A DNA stretch of 63,793 nucleotides, filler included, from Octopus bimaculoides (taxonomy: Eukaryota), in NCBI RefSeq assembly GCF_001194135.2. It is 9 parts of 8 records of this genome, joined end to end, with 100 filler letters (N's around TTAATTAATTAA, not from the genome) between each part and the next. Parts side by side here need not be neighbours in the genome. Positions count along the whole stretch, not along the records: positions 11,632 to 17,564 come from NC_068981.1; positions 17,665 to 20,687 come from NW_026398547.1; positions 20,788 to 27,739 come from NW_026348464.1; 6 more parts are not named here. One strand, written 5' to 3'. Made by a program: the position numbers and the translations under genes. Below the pieces are notes generated by a model that ran no database searches, was not told the origin of the DNA, and saw nothing but the letters and a program-made list of their open reading frames with translations. This document shows, one piece after another, positions 12,181 through 25,862 of the stretch; the first letter of the stretch is position 1, and the number at the start of each line of letters is the position of its first letter.

Positions 12181-12894
12181 GTACCAATATTTCTATCAAA
12201 ATTTAACAAAAGACACGCAAGTCTACACAAATATCTCAAAAGAAGCACCTACTAGTTGAAATAATATAATATGAATAACAAATCACTGCTACATTAGCTT
12301 CTGTTGCATTAAAATAACTTAGTCTTCCTATTCATTTTTTTTTATATGAAAATCATTCAGAGGAGTAACTTGTAAAACGTCAAACGTAAACGATTTGAGG
12401 AACACAGCTTCAAATAGATGTTAATTTCCTGGTATTACCATAGTTGTAATAATTATTAATGAATTCGTAAGTATCCTCACGTAATTTGATAACAATTTTC
12501 AGTACATATAATTGAGGTTATACATATTTGACATAACGTTTCAGAATACGAGAACACATGTGTATGTGCGTGTATGTATGATATATGTATATATATATAT
12601 ATATATNNNNNNNNNNNNNNNNNNNNNNNNNNNNNNNNNNNNNNNNNNNNNNNNNNNNNNNNNNNNNNNNNNNNNNNNNNNNNNNNNNNNNNNNNNNNNN
12701 NNNNNNNNNNNNNNNNNNNNNNNNNNNNNNNNNNNNNNNNNNNNNNNNNNNNNNNNNNNNNNNNNNNNNNNNNNNNNNNNNNNNNNNNNNNNNNNNNNNN
12801 NNNNNNNNNNNNNNNNNNNNNNNNNNNNNNNNNNNNNNNNNNNNNNNNNNNNNNNNNNNNTATATATATATATAGGAACAAATTAAATATTAAA

Positions 12895-12932
<38 letters not shown>

Positions 12933-12962
12933 GTATGAATCGTATATGCATACGTACCGGTA

Positions 12963-13007
<45 letters not shown>

Positions 13008-13587
13008 AATCAGTTAAAGCGGGTTACTCAGCTAGTTAAACTCCAGAGGAACTTTGTACTTGTCGAATGAGTTCTACAGTATTACTGGATTTTAAATCGT
13101 CAGACTTTACGACCTGATTGTCACGATATCGGTTCGAGATATATTTGACGATTTTAATACCAGTAGTAATATAAATTTGATTCAATAAATGCGAATTTTT
13201 CACTGGCAAATATGTGTGACTTGGAGTAACATGCTTTAACCGATTCCATAAAGCAACATGCTACCCTCACTTATTTCCATTCACCCATTTTGTTCTAAAT
13301 GATAATTTACATTTTCCTTCCGCAACTAAGAAGTAATTTTCTATTAATTAAGATTTTTTTTTCATACGCCATTCAGTATATTCTGTTTTTAATAATCCAT
13401 ACTAATTGATTCAGAACTGATAATCTATATATGTTACTTTTTGGTTGTACGTGTATTATTTTTAGCCATTTCATATATTTATTAGTGGTATATATATGAT
13501 GTGTGTGTGTGTGTGTGTGCTTGTGTGCGTGTGTGTGTCTGTGTGTGCATGTTTGCGTGTGCACGCGCGTGTATATATGCATATATA

Positions 13588-13651
<64 letters not shown>

Positions 13652-14092
13652 GTCATCCCATAAATAATGCGGTTTTTTATACTTCTGTTTTCCAAAATTA
13701 AGATAAACAAAGTTCTTTTTTAAGCTAAAATATACTCTCCTTCATTTTCTACAATGCTCTTCCATCTATCTGGTAGACTTGAATNNNNNNNNNNNNNNNN
13801 NNNNNNNNNNNNNNNNNNNNNNNNNNNNNNNNNNNNNNNNNNNNNNNNNNNNNNNNNNNNNNNNNNNNNNNNNNNNNNNNNNNNNNNNNNNNNNNNNNNN
13901 NNNNNNNNNNNNNNNNNNNNNNNNNNNNNNNNNNNNNNNNNNNNNNNNNNNNNNNNNNNNNNNNNNNNNNNNNNNNNNNNNNNNNNNNNNNNNNNNNNNN
14001 NNNNNNNNNNNNNNNNNNNNNNNNNNNNNNNNCGTGTGTGTGTCTGTGTGTGCATGTTTGCGTGTGCACGCGCGTGTATATATGCATATATA

Positions 14093-14152
<60 letters not shown>

Positions 14153-14156
<4 letters not shown>

Positions 14157-15055
14157 GTCATCCCATAAATAATGCGGTTTTTTATACTTCTGTTTTCCAA
14201 AATTAAGATAAACAAAGTTCTTTTTTAAGCTAAAATATACTCTCCTTCATTTTCTACAATGCTCTTCCATCTATCTGGTAGACTTGAATGGCCCCTCTTC
14301 CAAAATTCACATGTCTGTGACAAAAAATACTCCGCCAATACTGTTTTGACCTCGTCTACGGAATTCATATTTTTTCCGTCCAAATGATTTCGAAGACTGC
14401 AGAATAAATGATAATCAAATGGGGCATTGGCCAGCGAATATGGTGGGTGCGGCATCATTGCCCATTCAAACTGCTCCAGCCTTTGGTATGTCATCCCCGA
14501 TGTGTGGCCCAGCATTATCCTGATGGAAGAACACTTTTCGTCTTGAAACAAAAGATGGTCGTTTTTCTTCTAGCGCTGACTTGAATGACTGGTTGAATGT
14601 TCAAATCTAAGCTTCTCTGCTAGTTCCTCAAGAGTTTGGATGGGATTTTGTTCCACCAGGGTTTGCAAGGCATCCTCATCGAGTTTTACTGGTCTTCCAG
14701 GACGAAGCTCGTTTTCTAGGCTGTAGTTTCTGGCTTGGAATTTCTAGAACTACCGTTGACACTGGCTTACGCTTATTGTCCGATCCCCATATACTACATT
14801 AATATTCCGCGCACCTTCCCTTGCGTTGTTACCTTTATTGTACTCATAAAGTAAAATATGCCGAATATGCTCCTTTGTCACTTCCATTATAGCTTTGACT
14901 GTTAAAATCGAGCTGCATTCTTCAAAATTTGCACTAGTAGAAGGTAAAATTACTACCTGATTTTAAAGCAAGTTGATGCAGGGAGTTTATCCCGCCTTCC
15001 CCCCTCCAATTTTTAGTTCATGCAATTGAAAAAACCGCATTATGGGATGAACCAA
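14153..15055 (-). mobile_element. Internally deleted mariner (DD34D) transposon
   Basis: TA-flanked TIRs ttgggtcatcccataaataatgcggtttt / aaaaccgcattatgggatgaaccaa. N-terminus MEVTKEHIRHILLYEYNKG...RPGRP is joined to C-terminus ...PHPPYSLANAPFDYHLF...LPDRWKSIVENEGEYILA*. Confidence 0.92.
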
Positions 15056-15068
15056 TATATACAATATG

Positions 15069-16119
15069 CAGGGTGCAGTGAATAAACTAGCGTCTAGTTT
15101 AAAATAGCGCAAAAATGAAAATAACACTGGCATTTCATTTTAACAGATATATTTATCAAAATTACAAAAAAATATCTTGAAATACTAATTTNNNNNNNNN
15201 NNNNNNNNNNNNNNNNNNNNNNNNNNNNNNNNNNNNNNNNNNNNNNNNNNNNNNNNNNNNNNNNNNNNNNNNNNNNNNNNNNNNNNNNNNNNNNNNNNNN
15301 NNNNNNNNNNNNNNNNNNNNNNNNNNNNNNNNNNNNNNNNNNNNNNNNNNNNNNNNNNNNNNNNNNNNNNNNNNNNNNNNNNNNNNNNNNNNNNNNNNNN
15401 NNNNNNNNNNNNNNNNNNNNNNNNNNNNNNNNNNNNNNNNNNNNNNNNNNNNNACGGCCTCCTTGTTTAAGTTGGTGAATGCTGCCTTAACTCTTGCCTT
15501 CAGTTCATCTTTGGTGTTAGAAGAAATTTTATTGGTCTCTCTCTCTCAACTGCGCCCCACACCTAATAATCAAGGAATTTGAAGTCTGCAGAGTTAGGTG
15601 GCCAGATGTTAGGGATGATGTGGTCGCAAAAATTCTCTGACAGCCATGACTGGGTTCTCCTGCTTGTGTGGCATGGTGCAGAGTCCTGTTGCCAGACATG
15701 GGGTCTTCCAGCAGCCACTCTCTTGACCAAGGGCAGCACTTCCTCCTCCAGGCACTTGATGTAGGCCTCTGTATTGAATCTGAGGCCGTGTGAAAAGACG
15801 AATGGAGGCATAACGTCACCATCACTAGTGATCACTCCAAACACCATGATGTTAACTGGATGTTTGATTTCTATCACTCTCGGTACATGTCCTCAAATTG
15901 CACTGTCCTCAGACTAATACACAAACACTCTGAAATATTTGCATTGGAGCTTCCGGCGTGAATGCCAAGGAGTACAGCATGTCGTTTCCAATTTTCTAGC
16001 TGAGTGAACTGCATCATGGTGCAAGTAACCCTACTATACTGTGAAGTCGACAAAATCAAAAACAAACAATGCACGAAATTAGAATTATAAAATTGCGACA
16101 ATTTGCCCATCGCACCTTC
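15069..16119 (-). mobile_element. maT (DD37D) Tc1/mariner-superfamily transposon, internally deleted
   Basis: WQQD-37 aa-D spacing (QDSAPCHTSRRTQSWLSENFCDHIIPNIWPPNSADFKFLD, counted). HTH N-terminus KRHAVLLGIHAG...ISLRTVQ. Ends resemble cagggtgc. Confidence 0.88.
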
Positions 16120-16121
16120 TA

Positions 16122-16181
<60 letters not shown>

Positions 16182-17289
16182 GAACATCTCGTCAGTGGAC
16201 TGACTCGTTATATCTAGAATATATTTGATAACATTTATGCTCCCCAGGATTCATTTAATCGTAAACGACATTAAAAACAACAGCAACGTGTACAAACAAG
16301 CATTCGCAAACATATGTATAGTTGCACACCTACTCTCACAAAAATACTATGTGAAGCGGATACATGGAAAGATAATCTGACGAGTCCGAAAAAACAGAAG
16401 AATGTTATTTCTAGGGAATATCTTGTCACAATTTCTAGCAATTTAAGTGAACAGATAGAAGTTCTAAGTTTTTTGCGAAGCTACTATTATACCTAATCAT
16501 TAAAATATTTGTAATGATTCATTCGGTGATGTGCAGTTATGTGAATAAATCTTGTTGAATTTTATATACATAGACACACGGACACATGTGTGTGTGTGTA
16601 TTTATAAATATATATATNNNNNNNNNNNNNNNNNNNNNNNNNNNNNNNNNNNNNNNNNNNNNNNNNNNNNNNNNNNNNNNNNNNNNNNNNNNNNNNNNNN
16701 NNNNNNNNNNNNNNNNNNNNNNNNNNNNNNNNNNNNNNNNNNNNNNNNNNNNNNNNNNNNNNNNNNNNNNNNNNNNNNNNNNNNNNNNNNNNNNNNNNNN
16801 NNNNNNNNNNNNNNNNNNNNNNNNNNNNNNNNNNNNNNNNNNNNNNNNNNNNNNNNNNNNNNNNNNNNNNNNNNNNNNNNNNNNNNNNNNNNNNNNNNNN
16901 NNNNNNNNNNNNNNNNNNNNNNNNNNNNNNNNNNNNNNNNNNNNNNNNNNNNNNNNNNNNNNNNNNNNNNNNNNNNNNNNNNNNNNNNNNNNNNNNNNNN
17001 NNNNNNNNNNNNNNNNNNNNNNNNNNNNNNNNNNNNNNNNNNNNNNNNNNNNNNNNNNNNNNNNNNNNNNNATATATATATATATATATATATATATAAA
17101 TTATATATATATATCAGTCAGTTGTCCTTGGTCCACAAACAATGCACACCCTAAAAGTTTTTCTTTTCCTTTGACCGGTAAGCTGACCAAAAGTGTATTT
17201 TTACCTCCATTGGTGAAGACGCTATGAGCATCTGGCCGGCTAGTTTGATGCGACACCTATATTGCTAAGTGCAATAATAGACGTGAAAC

Positions 17290-17452
17290 GGGTGGTATGC
17301 TTCTGACCAGCCGTAGCCAACGACTAGATATATGTATTTGTGTGTGCCCGAGGCTATAGTAGAAGACACTTGCCCAGGATGTGACACGGTGGGACTGGAC
17401 TGAATCCACAACTATGTGGTTCAGAAGCAAGTTTCTTACCACACAGCAACGC
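17290..17452 (-). mobile_element. SINE family A, 5' half
   Basis: ctatagtagaagacacttgccc...tttcttaccacacagcaacgcc. Confidence 0.8.
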
Positions 17453-17532
17453 CTGTATATATATATATTGTTAAACACACACACACACACACACACATAC
17501 ACATATACATATATACACATATACATATATAC

Positions 17533-17564
<32 letters not shown>

Positions 17565-18835
17565 NNNNNNNNNNNNNNNNNNNNNNNNNNNNNNNNNNNN
17601 NNNNNNNNTTAATTAATTAANNNNNNNNNNNNNNNNNNNNNNNNNNNNNNNNNNNNNNNNNNNNAACTGGAACCCTCGTCGTCGTAAGCGACGGAGTGCC
17701 AACAACAACAACTCGGTGATGGTGGTGACGTTGATGTTGGTGGTGTTGCCGGTGATGGTGGTGATGGTAGTCATGGTGGTGTTGTTAGGTTTTTGTAGGT
17801 GATGTGAGTAGTGATGATGATGATGATGATGGTGATAATATTGGTGGTGATGGTGATATTGGTGGAAATGGTGGTGTCTGAACCATAGTATATGTAGTGT
17901 TACATTATCCAATGTCCCATTCTAGTTTTTAAGCATCGAGGCGGGATTTGAGAGAGATTTAGTTGTGGTTATTTTTTAGGAGGCCGAGTGACTCTGTTGA
18001 AGCTCTCTCACTGGCAATATATATATATATATNNNNNNNNNNNNNNNNNNNNNNNNNNNNNNNNNNNNNNNNNNNNNNNNNNNNNNNNNNNNNNNNNNNN
18101 NNNNNNNNNNNNNNNNNNNNNNNNNNNNNNNNNNNNNNNNNNNNNNNNNNNNNNNNNNNNNNNNNNNNNNNNNNNNNNNNNNNNNNNNNNNNNNNNNNNN
18201 NNNNNNNNNNNNNNNNNNNNNNNNNNNNNNNNNNNNNNNNNNNNNNNNNNNNNNNNNNNNNNNNNNNNNNNNNNNNNNNNNNNNNNNNNNNNNNNNNNNN
18301 NNNNNNNNNNNNNNNNNNNNNNNNNNNNNNNNNNNNNNNNNNNNNNNNNNNNNNNNNNNNNNNNNNNNNNNNNNNNNNNNNNNNNNNNNNNNNNNNNNNN
18401 NNNNNNNNNNNNNNNNNNNNNNNNNNNNNNNNNNNNNNNNNNNNNNNNNNNNNNNNNNNNNNNNNNNNNNNNNNNNNNNNNNNNNNNNNNNNNNNNNNNN
18501 NNNNNNNNNNNNNNNNNNNNNNNNNNNNNNNNNNNNNNNNNNNNNNNNNNNNNNNNNNNNNNNNNNNNNNNNNNNNNNNNNNNNNNNNNNNNNNNNNNNN
18601 NNNNNNNNNNNNNNNNNNNNNNNNNNNNNNNNNNNNNNNNNNNNNNNNNNNNNNNNNNNNNNNNNNNNNNNNNNNNNNNNNNNNNNNNNNNNNNNNNNNN
18701 NNNNNNNNNNNNNNNNNNNNNNNNNNNNNNNNNNNNNNNNNNNNNNNNNNNNNNNNNNNNNNNNNNNNNNNNNNNNNNNNNNNNNNNNNNNNNNNNNNNN
18801 NNNNNNNNNNNNNNNNNNNNNNNNNNNNNNNNNNN

Positions 18836-18872
<37 letters not shown>

Positions 18873-19009
18873 CACTGATGTTATAGTGGCACTCTCAATC
18901 GGGTGGACAAGATGGACTCGGATGAAACACAACAGTTGATATTCTTTGCATTTATATCAGGCTATAAATGCATCCTAGTATAACCTCACCGCCACCAAAA
19001 AAAGGTCAA

Positions 19010-19258
19010 AGGTCGTTCCCGGTCCATAACTCAAGGCCGGTTTCAGGATTCTGTGAGAGATATAGATATATTTTACCCACACGTGAACGGGATGCCGTCC
19101 GTCGCAGAATTACTCATTTTTGCTACCTGAAGTGAACTAGAGCTCTGTAAAATATGTTTTACTCAAGTATATAACTCATTACTCGGTCCAGGAATCGAAA
19201 CTGCAATCTTACGATCATGAGTGCAACGTCCTTAATCACTTAGCTACACGACTCCACC
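19010..19258 (-). mobile_element. tRNA-derived SINE of a third family (degenerate)
   Basis: Minus strand has head gtggagtcgtgtagctaagtgattaagg...gcagtttcgattcctggaccg and a body containing gacggacggcatccc. Confidence 0.55.
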
Positions 19259-19536
19259 TAGTACAGGACAGTGTTTCTTACTCCTTTTGTGACGTACTTG
19301 GGATCATACGAACAGTTCCACTTTGCATGGAAAGTTAAAAATTACGGGTGCATCTTGGATGCAAATTTAGGAGTTACTGGACAGCGTCGAAGATAGTAAA
19401 AAAGGAATTGAAAATGACTGACAACCGGAAAGGACAATGAGAAGTTTTGTTTCTTTCGGTGCTCCTATGATTTCGCTAAGCAACTGATCTCGGTTGATTA
19501 AATTTGAAGGAGTGCTGGTTCTTGGTATTGGCCAAA

Positions 19537-20005
19537 GTTGATACATGCGAAGTTTGCTTCCCAACCACATGGTTCAGGGTTCAGTCCCACTGCGCGGCAC
19601 CTTGGGCAAGTGTCTTCTACTACAGACTCAGGCTGACCAAAGCCTTGTGAGTGGATATGGTAGACAGAAACTAAAGGAAGCCCATTATGTATGTATATAT
19701 NNNNNNNNNNNNNNNNNNNNNNNNNNNNNNNNNNNNNNNNNNNNNNNNNNNNNNNNNNNNNNNNNNNNTGTGAGTATGTGTCTTTGTGTCTTTGTTTGAC
19801 CCTCCACCATCGCTTGACAACCGATATTAGTGTGTTCACGTCCGCGTAACTTAGCGGTTAGGCAAAAGAGGCCGATAGAATTCGTACTAGGCTTGCAAAG
19901 AATAAGTCTTGGGGTCGATTTCTTCGACTAAAAAACCCCATCCTTTAAGGCGGTGTTCCAGCATGGCCGCAGTCAAATGACTGAAACAAGTAAACGAATA
20001 AAACG
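19537..20005 (+). mobile_element. SINE family A (spans a gap)
   Basis: tttgcttcccaaccacatggttcagggttcagtcccactgcg... through gactgaaacaagtaaacgaataaaa. Confidence 0.85.
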
Positions 20006-20573
20006 AATCAGCTTGCATAATTTTATAGTCTAAGTGTAGTGTAAATGATGAAGTAATGCCAGTAATTTCCAGCATTGGTGTCTTGTGATATATTTATATT
20101 GGTGAATGCGTTGTTGGTTGCATGTGAAAAATGTTTAGTCATGATAATTCCCATCTAGGAGGCTCAGTGACTCTGCTGAGTCTCCCTCACTGAAATATTT
20201 GTATTTTTGAGTGTGGTAGTGGGTTGTGTATGAAAATGTTTAGTCTCACGTTAGCTTCCACCTAGGAGGTTGAAAACGTAGAATGACTTCCCAGTGGGTC
20301 CCTTAATGGCTCCCGATAGTGAGAGTGATGGTCGTGGCAGTGGTGGAAGTGGGGGAAGTGGGGGCAAGTGGGAGCGGTGGTGATGTTGTTATTGGAAACA
20401 ACTGGTGTGGATGGTGACAACAACACTGCTACGAGGACGATGATGAAGATGGTTGGAAATTCTGAAGATAATGAGAGATGGTGGGGACGGTGTCGGTGAA
20501 GTTGTTACCGAAGGTGGTTAAAATTTTATTCTTGTTGTTGGTAGTAGCAATGGTGTTTTGTAAGGTGCTTTGT

Positions 20574-20687
20574 AAGGCGGCGAGCTGGCAGAATCGTTAG
20601 GACGCCGGGCGAAATGCTTAGCTGTATTTCGTTTGCTACTACGTTCTGAGTTCAAATTCCGCCGAGATCGACTTTGCCTTTCATCCT
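20574..20687 (+). mobile_element. SINE family B, 5' part
   Basis: aaggcggcgagctggcagaatcgttag...gagttcaaattccgccgagatcgactttgcctttcatcct, ending at a gap. Confidence 0.85.
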
Positions 20688-20792
20688 NNNNNNNNNNNNN
20701 NNNNNNNNNNNNNNNNNNNNNNNNNNNNNNNTTAATTAATTAANNNNNNNNNNNNNNNNNNNNNNNNNNNNNNNNNNNNNNNNNNNNATATA

Positions 20793-20824
<32 letters not shown>

Positions 20825-21180
20825 AACACACACATATGCATATGTATATATTCAAGTTTCGATCTGTGTGTTAACGACTTGTGCTTACACATGAATGAAG
20901 ACTATGCATTTCATTGTCTGTATACAGCTATCTGCCTAAATACACACCCACACGCACACAACCACCTCCCCGCTCATACACACACACACACACACACACA
21001 CAAGCGCACGTACATATATTCATATTGTATACGTTGGCTCAAAAGGTCTGCCGCCCAGAAACTGACAGCACTGGTAGCAACATATAGAAAATGATCAGGA
21101 GAACACACTACTACACACAAACACACAACATTCACAGCATACGTAACTACCAACTCCACACTAACAGCAGCACCTACCAT

Positions 21181-21216
<36 letters not shown>

Positions 21217-22211
21217 ATACATACACGAACACACACAGCTAACATCAAATCGAGAAATAATAATGATCGATATTGTCATGATGCTTAGAGTGTCAATCCC
21301 AAACATTCTTGTGTTCTTCACACTTGCCATGATCGGCTGTTCCATCAAATTCGTCATCCTCCTACTTCATCTCTTCGATACATCTTACAATCCCCACAAA
21401 CACAGCTGCATAAGTGTGTATCAGCTGTCGTTGTAACGAAAGCAAAGTTAACGGAACAGCCTAATTTAGCGTGACTGACTTCCTCGGCTTTGAACATGAG
21501 ATTAGTGATCTATGGTGTGAATGTTATTGTATTTTTCTATTTTTGATTTTGTTATTCTTCATTTCCTTTACTTCTTTCAGTCTTTGGCCTTCGCTCATGC
21601 TGTAGCACAACCTCGAAGATTCACTTTTGATTTCTTTTGTTGATTTTTTTTTTCCTTTGGTGGGAGCGATGAACGTTTTCTCCCCTACTTTTACCAAATC
21701 GACGGCTATATATATTTAAGTCTAGCACATTTTCTACCGATATCATTAAGACGAAGCGCAATGGAGAAGGGGTGAAAACGAACCTATACCGGTTGTCTTG
21801 CAGTAACAATAGCACACAAATACAAGCTGAATCAAACAGAAGCACACAAACACACTTATGCATGTAAATACATACATACATAAATATATATAAATAAATG
21901 CGCCCTTTTAAAGTCTAGCCAGAGTCATGGGCCCGGTTTCTCGGTTTCAATGAAGTATGCGTTCCCCGGCTGTATGTATATATGTATATATATAATATAT
22001 ATATATGTGTGTGTGTGTGTGTATGACACTCGGGAAAGTGAGAAATTATTTTATGTTTCGAGCTTACGCTCTTCAACATATAGATCTTTTAATGGAGGAA
22101 TGTGAATTCGTCCTTTAATTTGAGTAATTTCCAAAGATTTCTAACGTTGTTTGTTCATACTTTACTTTCGAATTTACTTATGTAACTTTGTATAGCCATG
22201 AAGATTTATAT

Positions 22212-22910
22212 ACAAATTTAGTTTTTACATAACCGTCAATTATCATTTTGAATAAGAAATTATTAGAAAAAAATAATTTCAAGTTTACAAAATTTATAAT
22301 TTCAGTATTTATTGTAAATAACAGGTCTAATATTCATAGACAAAAATAAGTGTTATATGTTGTAATTAATTATCTAGTCACAGTATTGGTATAGTTTTAA
22401 GAAAATTTAGGGAAAATATACGAGTAATAAGATATAAATAAAGTCGAAATAAAGATTTACTTACGTTGTCAAACTAATAAAATTATATAATCGTCTATAG
22501 AGCGATAAAGATAAAGGTTTTTTATAGTTAATATCGGAAAAAATTAATAATATAAACAATTTTTTCGATATTAAGTATCGAAAACAACCTTTCTTATGTC
22601 TAACACTCTTTAGATGATCATATGAGTTTATCAGTTGATAACGTAAGTATATCTCTTTTATTTATATTTTATTACTCGTACAGTATCTACTCCTAAATTT
22701 TCTTAAAAACATACCAATACTGTGACTAGATAATTACGACATAAAATGCTTATTTTTGTCTATGAATATTAGACCTATTATTTACAATAAATACTAAAAT
22801 TTTGAATTTTATAAACCTGAAATTATTTTGAATACTATCATACATTTATTTTTTCTAATAATTTCTTAAGTCCAAAGGATAATTGACGGCTAAGTAAAAA
22901 CTAAATTTGT
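22212..22910. repeat. Large imperfect palindrome (foldback element), about 340-bp arms
   Basis: For example, cagtatttattgtaaataacaggtctaatattcatagacaaaaataag (about 22303-22350) is mirrored by cttatttttgtctatgaatattagacctattatttacaataaatact (about 22749-22795). Symmetry continues inward to about 22550 and outward to acaaatttagtttttac/gtaaaaactaaatttgt. Confidence 0.9.
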
Positions 22911-23139
22911 GTTTGAAAATTCCTTCACTTCATTATTTGGATTCCTCATCGTAAATACAAATACAGCCTGACCAGTTAATAATATAATTCAAATAGACAC
23001 CCATATACATATTCATAGAGAGGCAAAATTCTGAAGATGTCCGTCTTTGGGTATCAAATTGTAACTGGGGGAAAACATTATCTATGTTTGTAATCCCAAT
23101 AATAAAAATCGGTGGCTTCTTTTCGGCCAGGTTTCAGGA

Positions 23140-23635
23140 CCTGTTATCAAACAAGAACGGTTTGAACAGGTTTGGTCATGTTGTTCCTGTAGTGGAATTT
23201 CGAGGGGTTGTTGCACTTTGAGCTCGTTCTAGAGCGTCCTACTGTGAGCACTAACATGTATGCTTAACAACTGGAACAAGTATGTGATGCTTTGAAATCC
23301 CGCTACCCGGTATTGGTCAATCGAAGGCGAACCCTTCTACAACATGACAATCACCCAGTTCCCACCGCTAATGTGAACAAATAGAAACTTGAGGGGATGG
23401 AATTACTGCATCACTGCCTACAATCCAGACCACGCACCACCATATTACTACGTTTTATGATCCGTGGCTCATTTCTTACGCGGAAGGAGACTTTACAATG
23501 TGGGTGACATTGGAACCGAGCACAAGGATTTTTCTGCTTCTAAAGCAACAGAATGCTATAAACATGGAATGTAGGTTCTGAGATGACGTTGGCTACAGAC
23601 AATTGAATTTGATGGAACATATTTTGATGAATTAA
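23140..23635 (+). mobile_element. Decayed mariner transposase, C-terminal half
   Basis: VMLFL*WNFEGLLHFELV...QLEQVCDALKSRYPVLVNRRRTLLQHDN...AHFLRGRR...RWLQTIEFDGTYFDE, with stops and frameshifts. Confidence 0.8.
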
Positions 23636-24547
23636 CACTTTTCGTATGTAACCTGTTTGAGCTAGTAATGAAAGCTTGAAGTATGCAAACAGTTTTGTAT
23701 ATATACGTAGAGAGAGAGAGAACGAGAGAACGAGAGAACGAGAGAACGAGACAGACAGACAGACAGACAGATGTTTAATAAAAGTTTGATTCGGCTGAGG
23801 TTTTATAGTCTTGTCTATCGAACCTTTCTCGTCAGGCTAGAAACGAATGAACAGATTGCAATATGGTCTCTGGATATTGGGCAGCTATTGGTCACATGGT
23901 GTTAATATAGAAGCAACTACAATTTCAAACTGAATTCCTTAGACCACATGCTTGGACGGAATGTTAGTGGAGACTGTTTGTGTGAAAGTGACGCCAGATC
24001 TGTAGGGTGACATTACGAATCACTGCCACAGAAACAAGGAACAGGTGTGTCGAGTGTAGAAGAATCGCAATTTCAATGAGACAAGATCTTCTCAGCTGCA
24101 GTTTGATGGCAATTATAAACAAGTGAGCATTCTCCTTCAAATAAATTGCATTTATATAATAAACAATATTCGTGAATGAATCTCTACATGTATTGCTAAT
24201 TTGACAGCTTATGAAGAGATTGTAATTCTATAGAACACAATAACATGTATGAACTAATTTGCATATAATTGCGAGTATATATGTGCGAGTATTCATGTGC
24301 CCGCAAGATAACTTTGTACGTGAGATTGTATGTCTTTCTATGAAGTGTTTGTGTGTGTGTGTGTAGGTGTGTGTGTGTGTGTCAGAGATCAATTGTATAT
24401 ATTCTTTATAACATCAATATATTTTTGTGTCGTAGTTTTTATAGTAGCTTTTGAAATATCTTAAACGTACTGCGCAACATCTTTCTGTATATGAGGTAAT
24501 TGAATAGACGTCTTTTTAGATAAATGATTTTGTAGACATGTTTTGCG

Positions 24548-24595
<48 letters not shown>

Positions 24596-24778
24596 NNNNN
24601 NNNNNNNNNNNNNNNNNNNNNNNNNNNNNNNNNNNNNNNNNNNNNNNNNNNNNNNNNNNNNNNNNNNNNNNNNNNNNNNNNNNNNNNNNNNNNNNNNNNN
24701 NNNNNNNNNNNNNNNNNNNNNNNNNNNNNNNNNNNNNNNNNNNNNNNNNNNNNNNNNNNNNNNNNNNNNNNNNNNNNN

Positions 24779-24809
<31 letters not shown>

Positions 24810-25560
24810 ATATGTATATATATATTGTATATCCATATATACATATATATTGACATATATATATATATATATCCTTATATAAATATATATGTATCTATGT
24901 ATATATGTATGTGTGCATGTATGCAGGTATGTATGTATGCCTGTATGATTGTGTGATTGTGTGCGTGTATGTATGTATGTGTATATGTACGTATAAGCTT
25001 TATAATGATACAATAAAACTAAAATTTGCAAGTTGCAGAAACGTGATGAAATCTACTGGAATTTCATTATAGACGCGTAGACATTTTTTTACAAACCACA
25101 TGCCTGAAGGAAATGTTTCGCACCGCCAATTCTTTTCGAATAAGTACACAGGCACACATCCATACTCACATTGACACACACTCACACACAAACAGACAAC
25201 TCACACACAAACATATATATGCACACACATATATATATATGCACATATACTCACATATGTAAGCGCATAAGTATCTGTTCGCGCAAGCGTGCGTACAGTA
25301 GTGTTAGCTATTGAGAGAAAATTTATTGTTCAATCTGGGTAATAGTGTGTAGATAATTTAATAGTTGAATAATAAGAAAATACTCGAAGGTTCGCCATAA
25401 GTTTGCTTATCAGCACATAGCTTTCATGTCAAGACACTAACTAAATATTCATAGACAAAATATACAGGATAGCGGAAGATTATAAATTTGGCATATTGGC
25501 CGACTAGTTCTCGTGAGGCAAACATGTGGAATGCATGTGTGCATATATTAATACTTATAT

Positions 25561-25602
<42 letters not shown>

Positions 25603-25862
25603 TAATGGTATGACAACAAAAGAATGAATGAGACCTCGATATTATGTAAATAGAGGAATTTATCTGTAATATAATATGTGGCAATTATTCGGTTGCCATA
25701 ATAAAACTCCGAGTTTCGGATGTCGGGCGAAAATCTGCTCCGGCATCTCGTCAGTTATTAAGACAATCAAAAAAATTTTTGGGATTGTCGGGTAACTTTT
25801 GGCCGACCCTGTATAAATATATGTGTGTGTGTATGTGTGTGTGTTTGTGTGTGTGTGTGGCT

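Noticed and set aside
12361-12472. Exon-like segment with cag| acceptor and TTC|gtaagt donor
   Set aside because: Stops in all three frames and no homology. It can be neither supported as coding nor excluded as non-coding.
13528-14289. Apparent exact 257-bp tandem duplication (13528-13784 = 14033-14289), including a mariner end
   Set aside because: The copies are identical and flank a 248-N gap of about the same length. Most likely unmerged overlapping contig ends.
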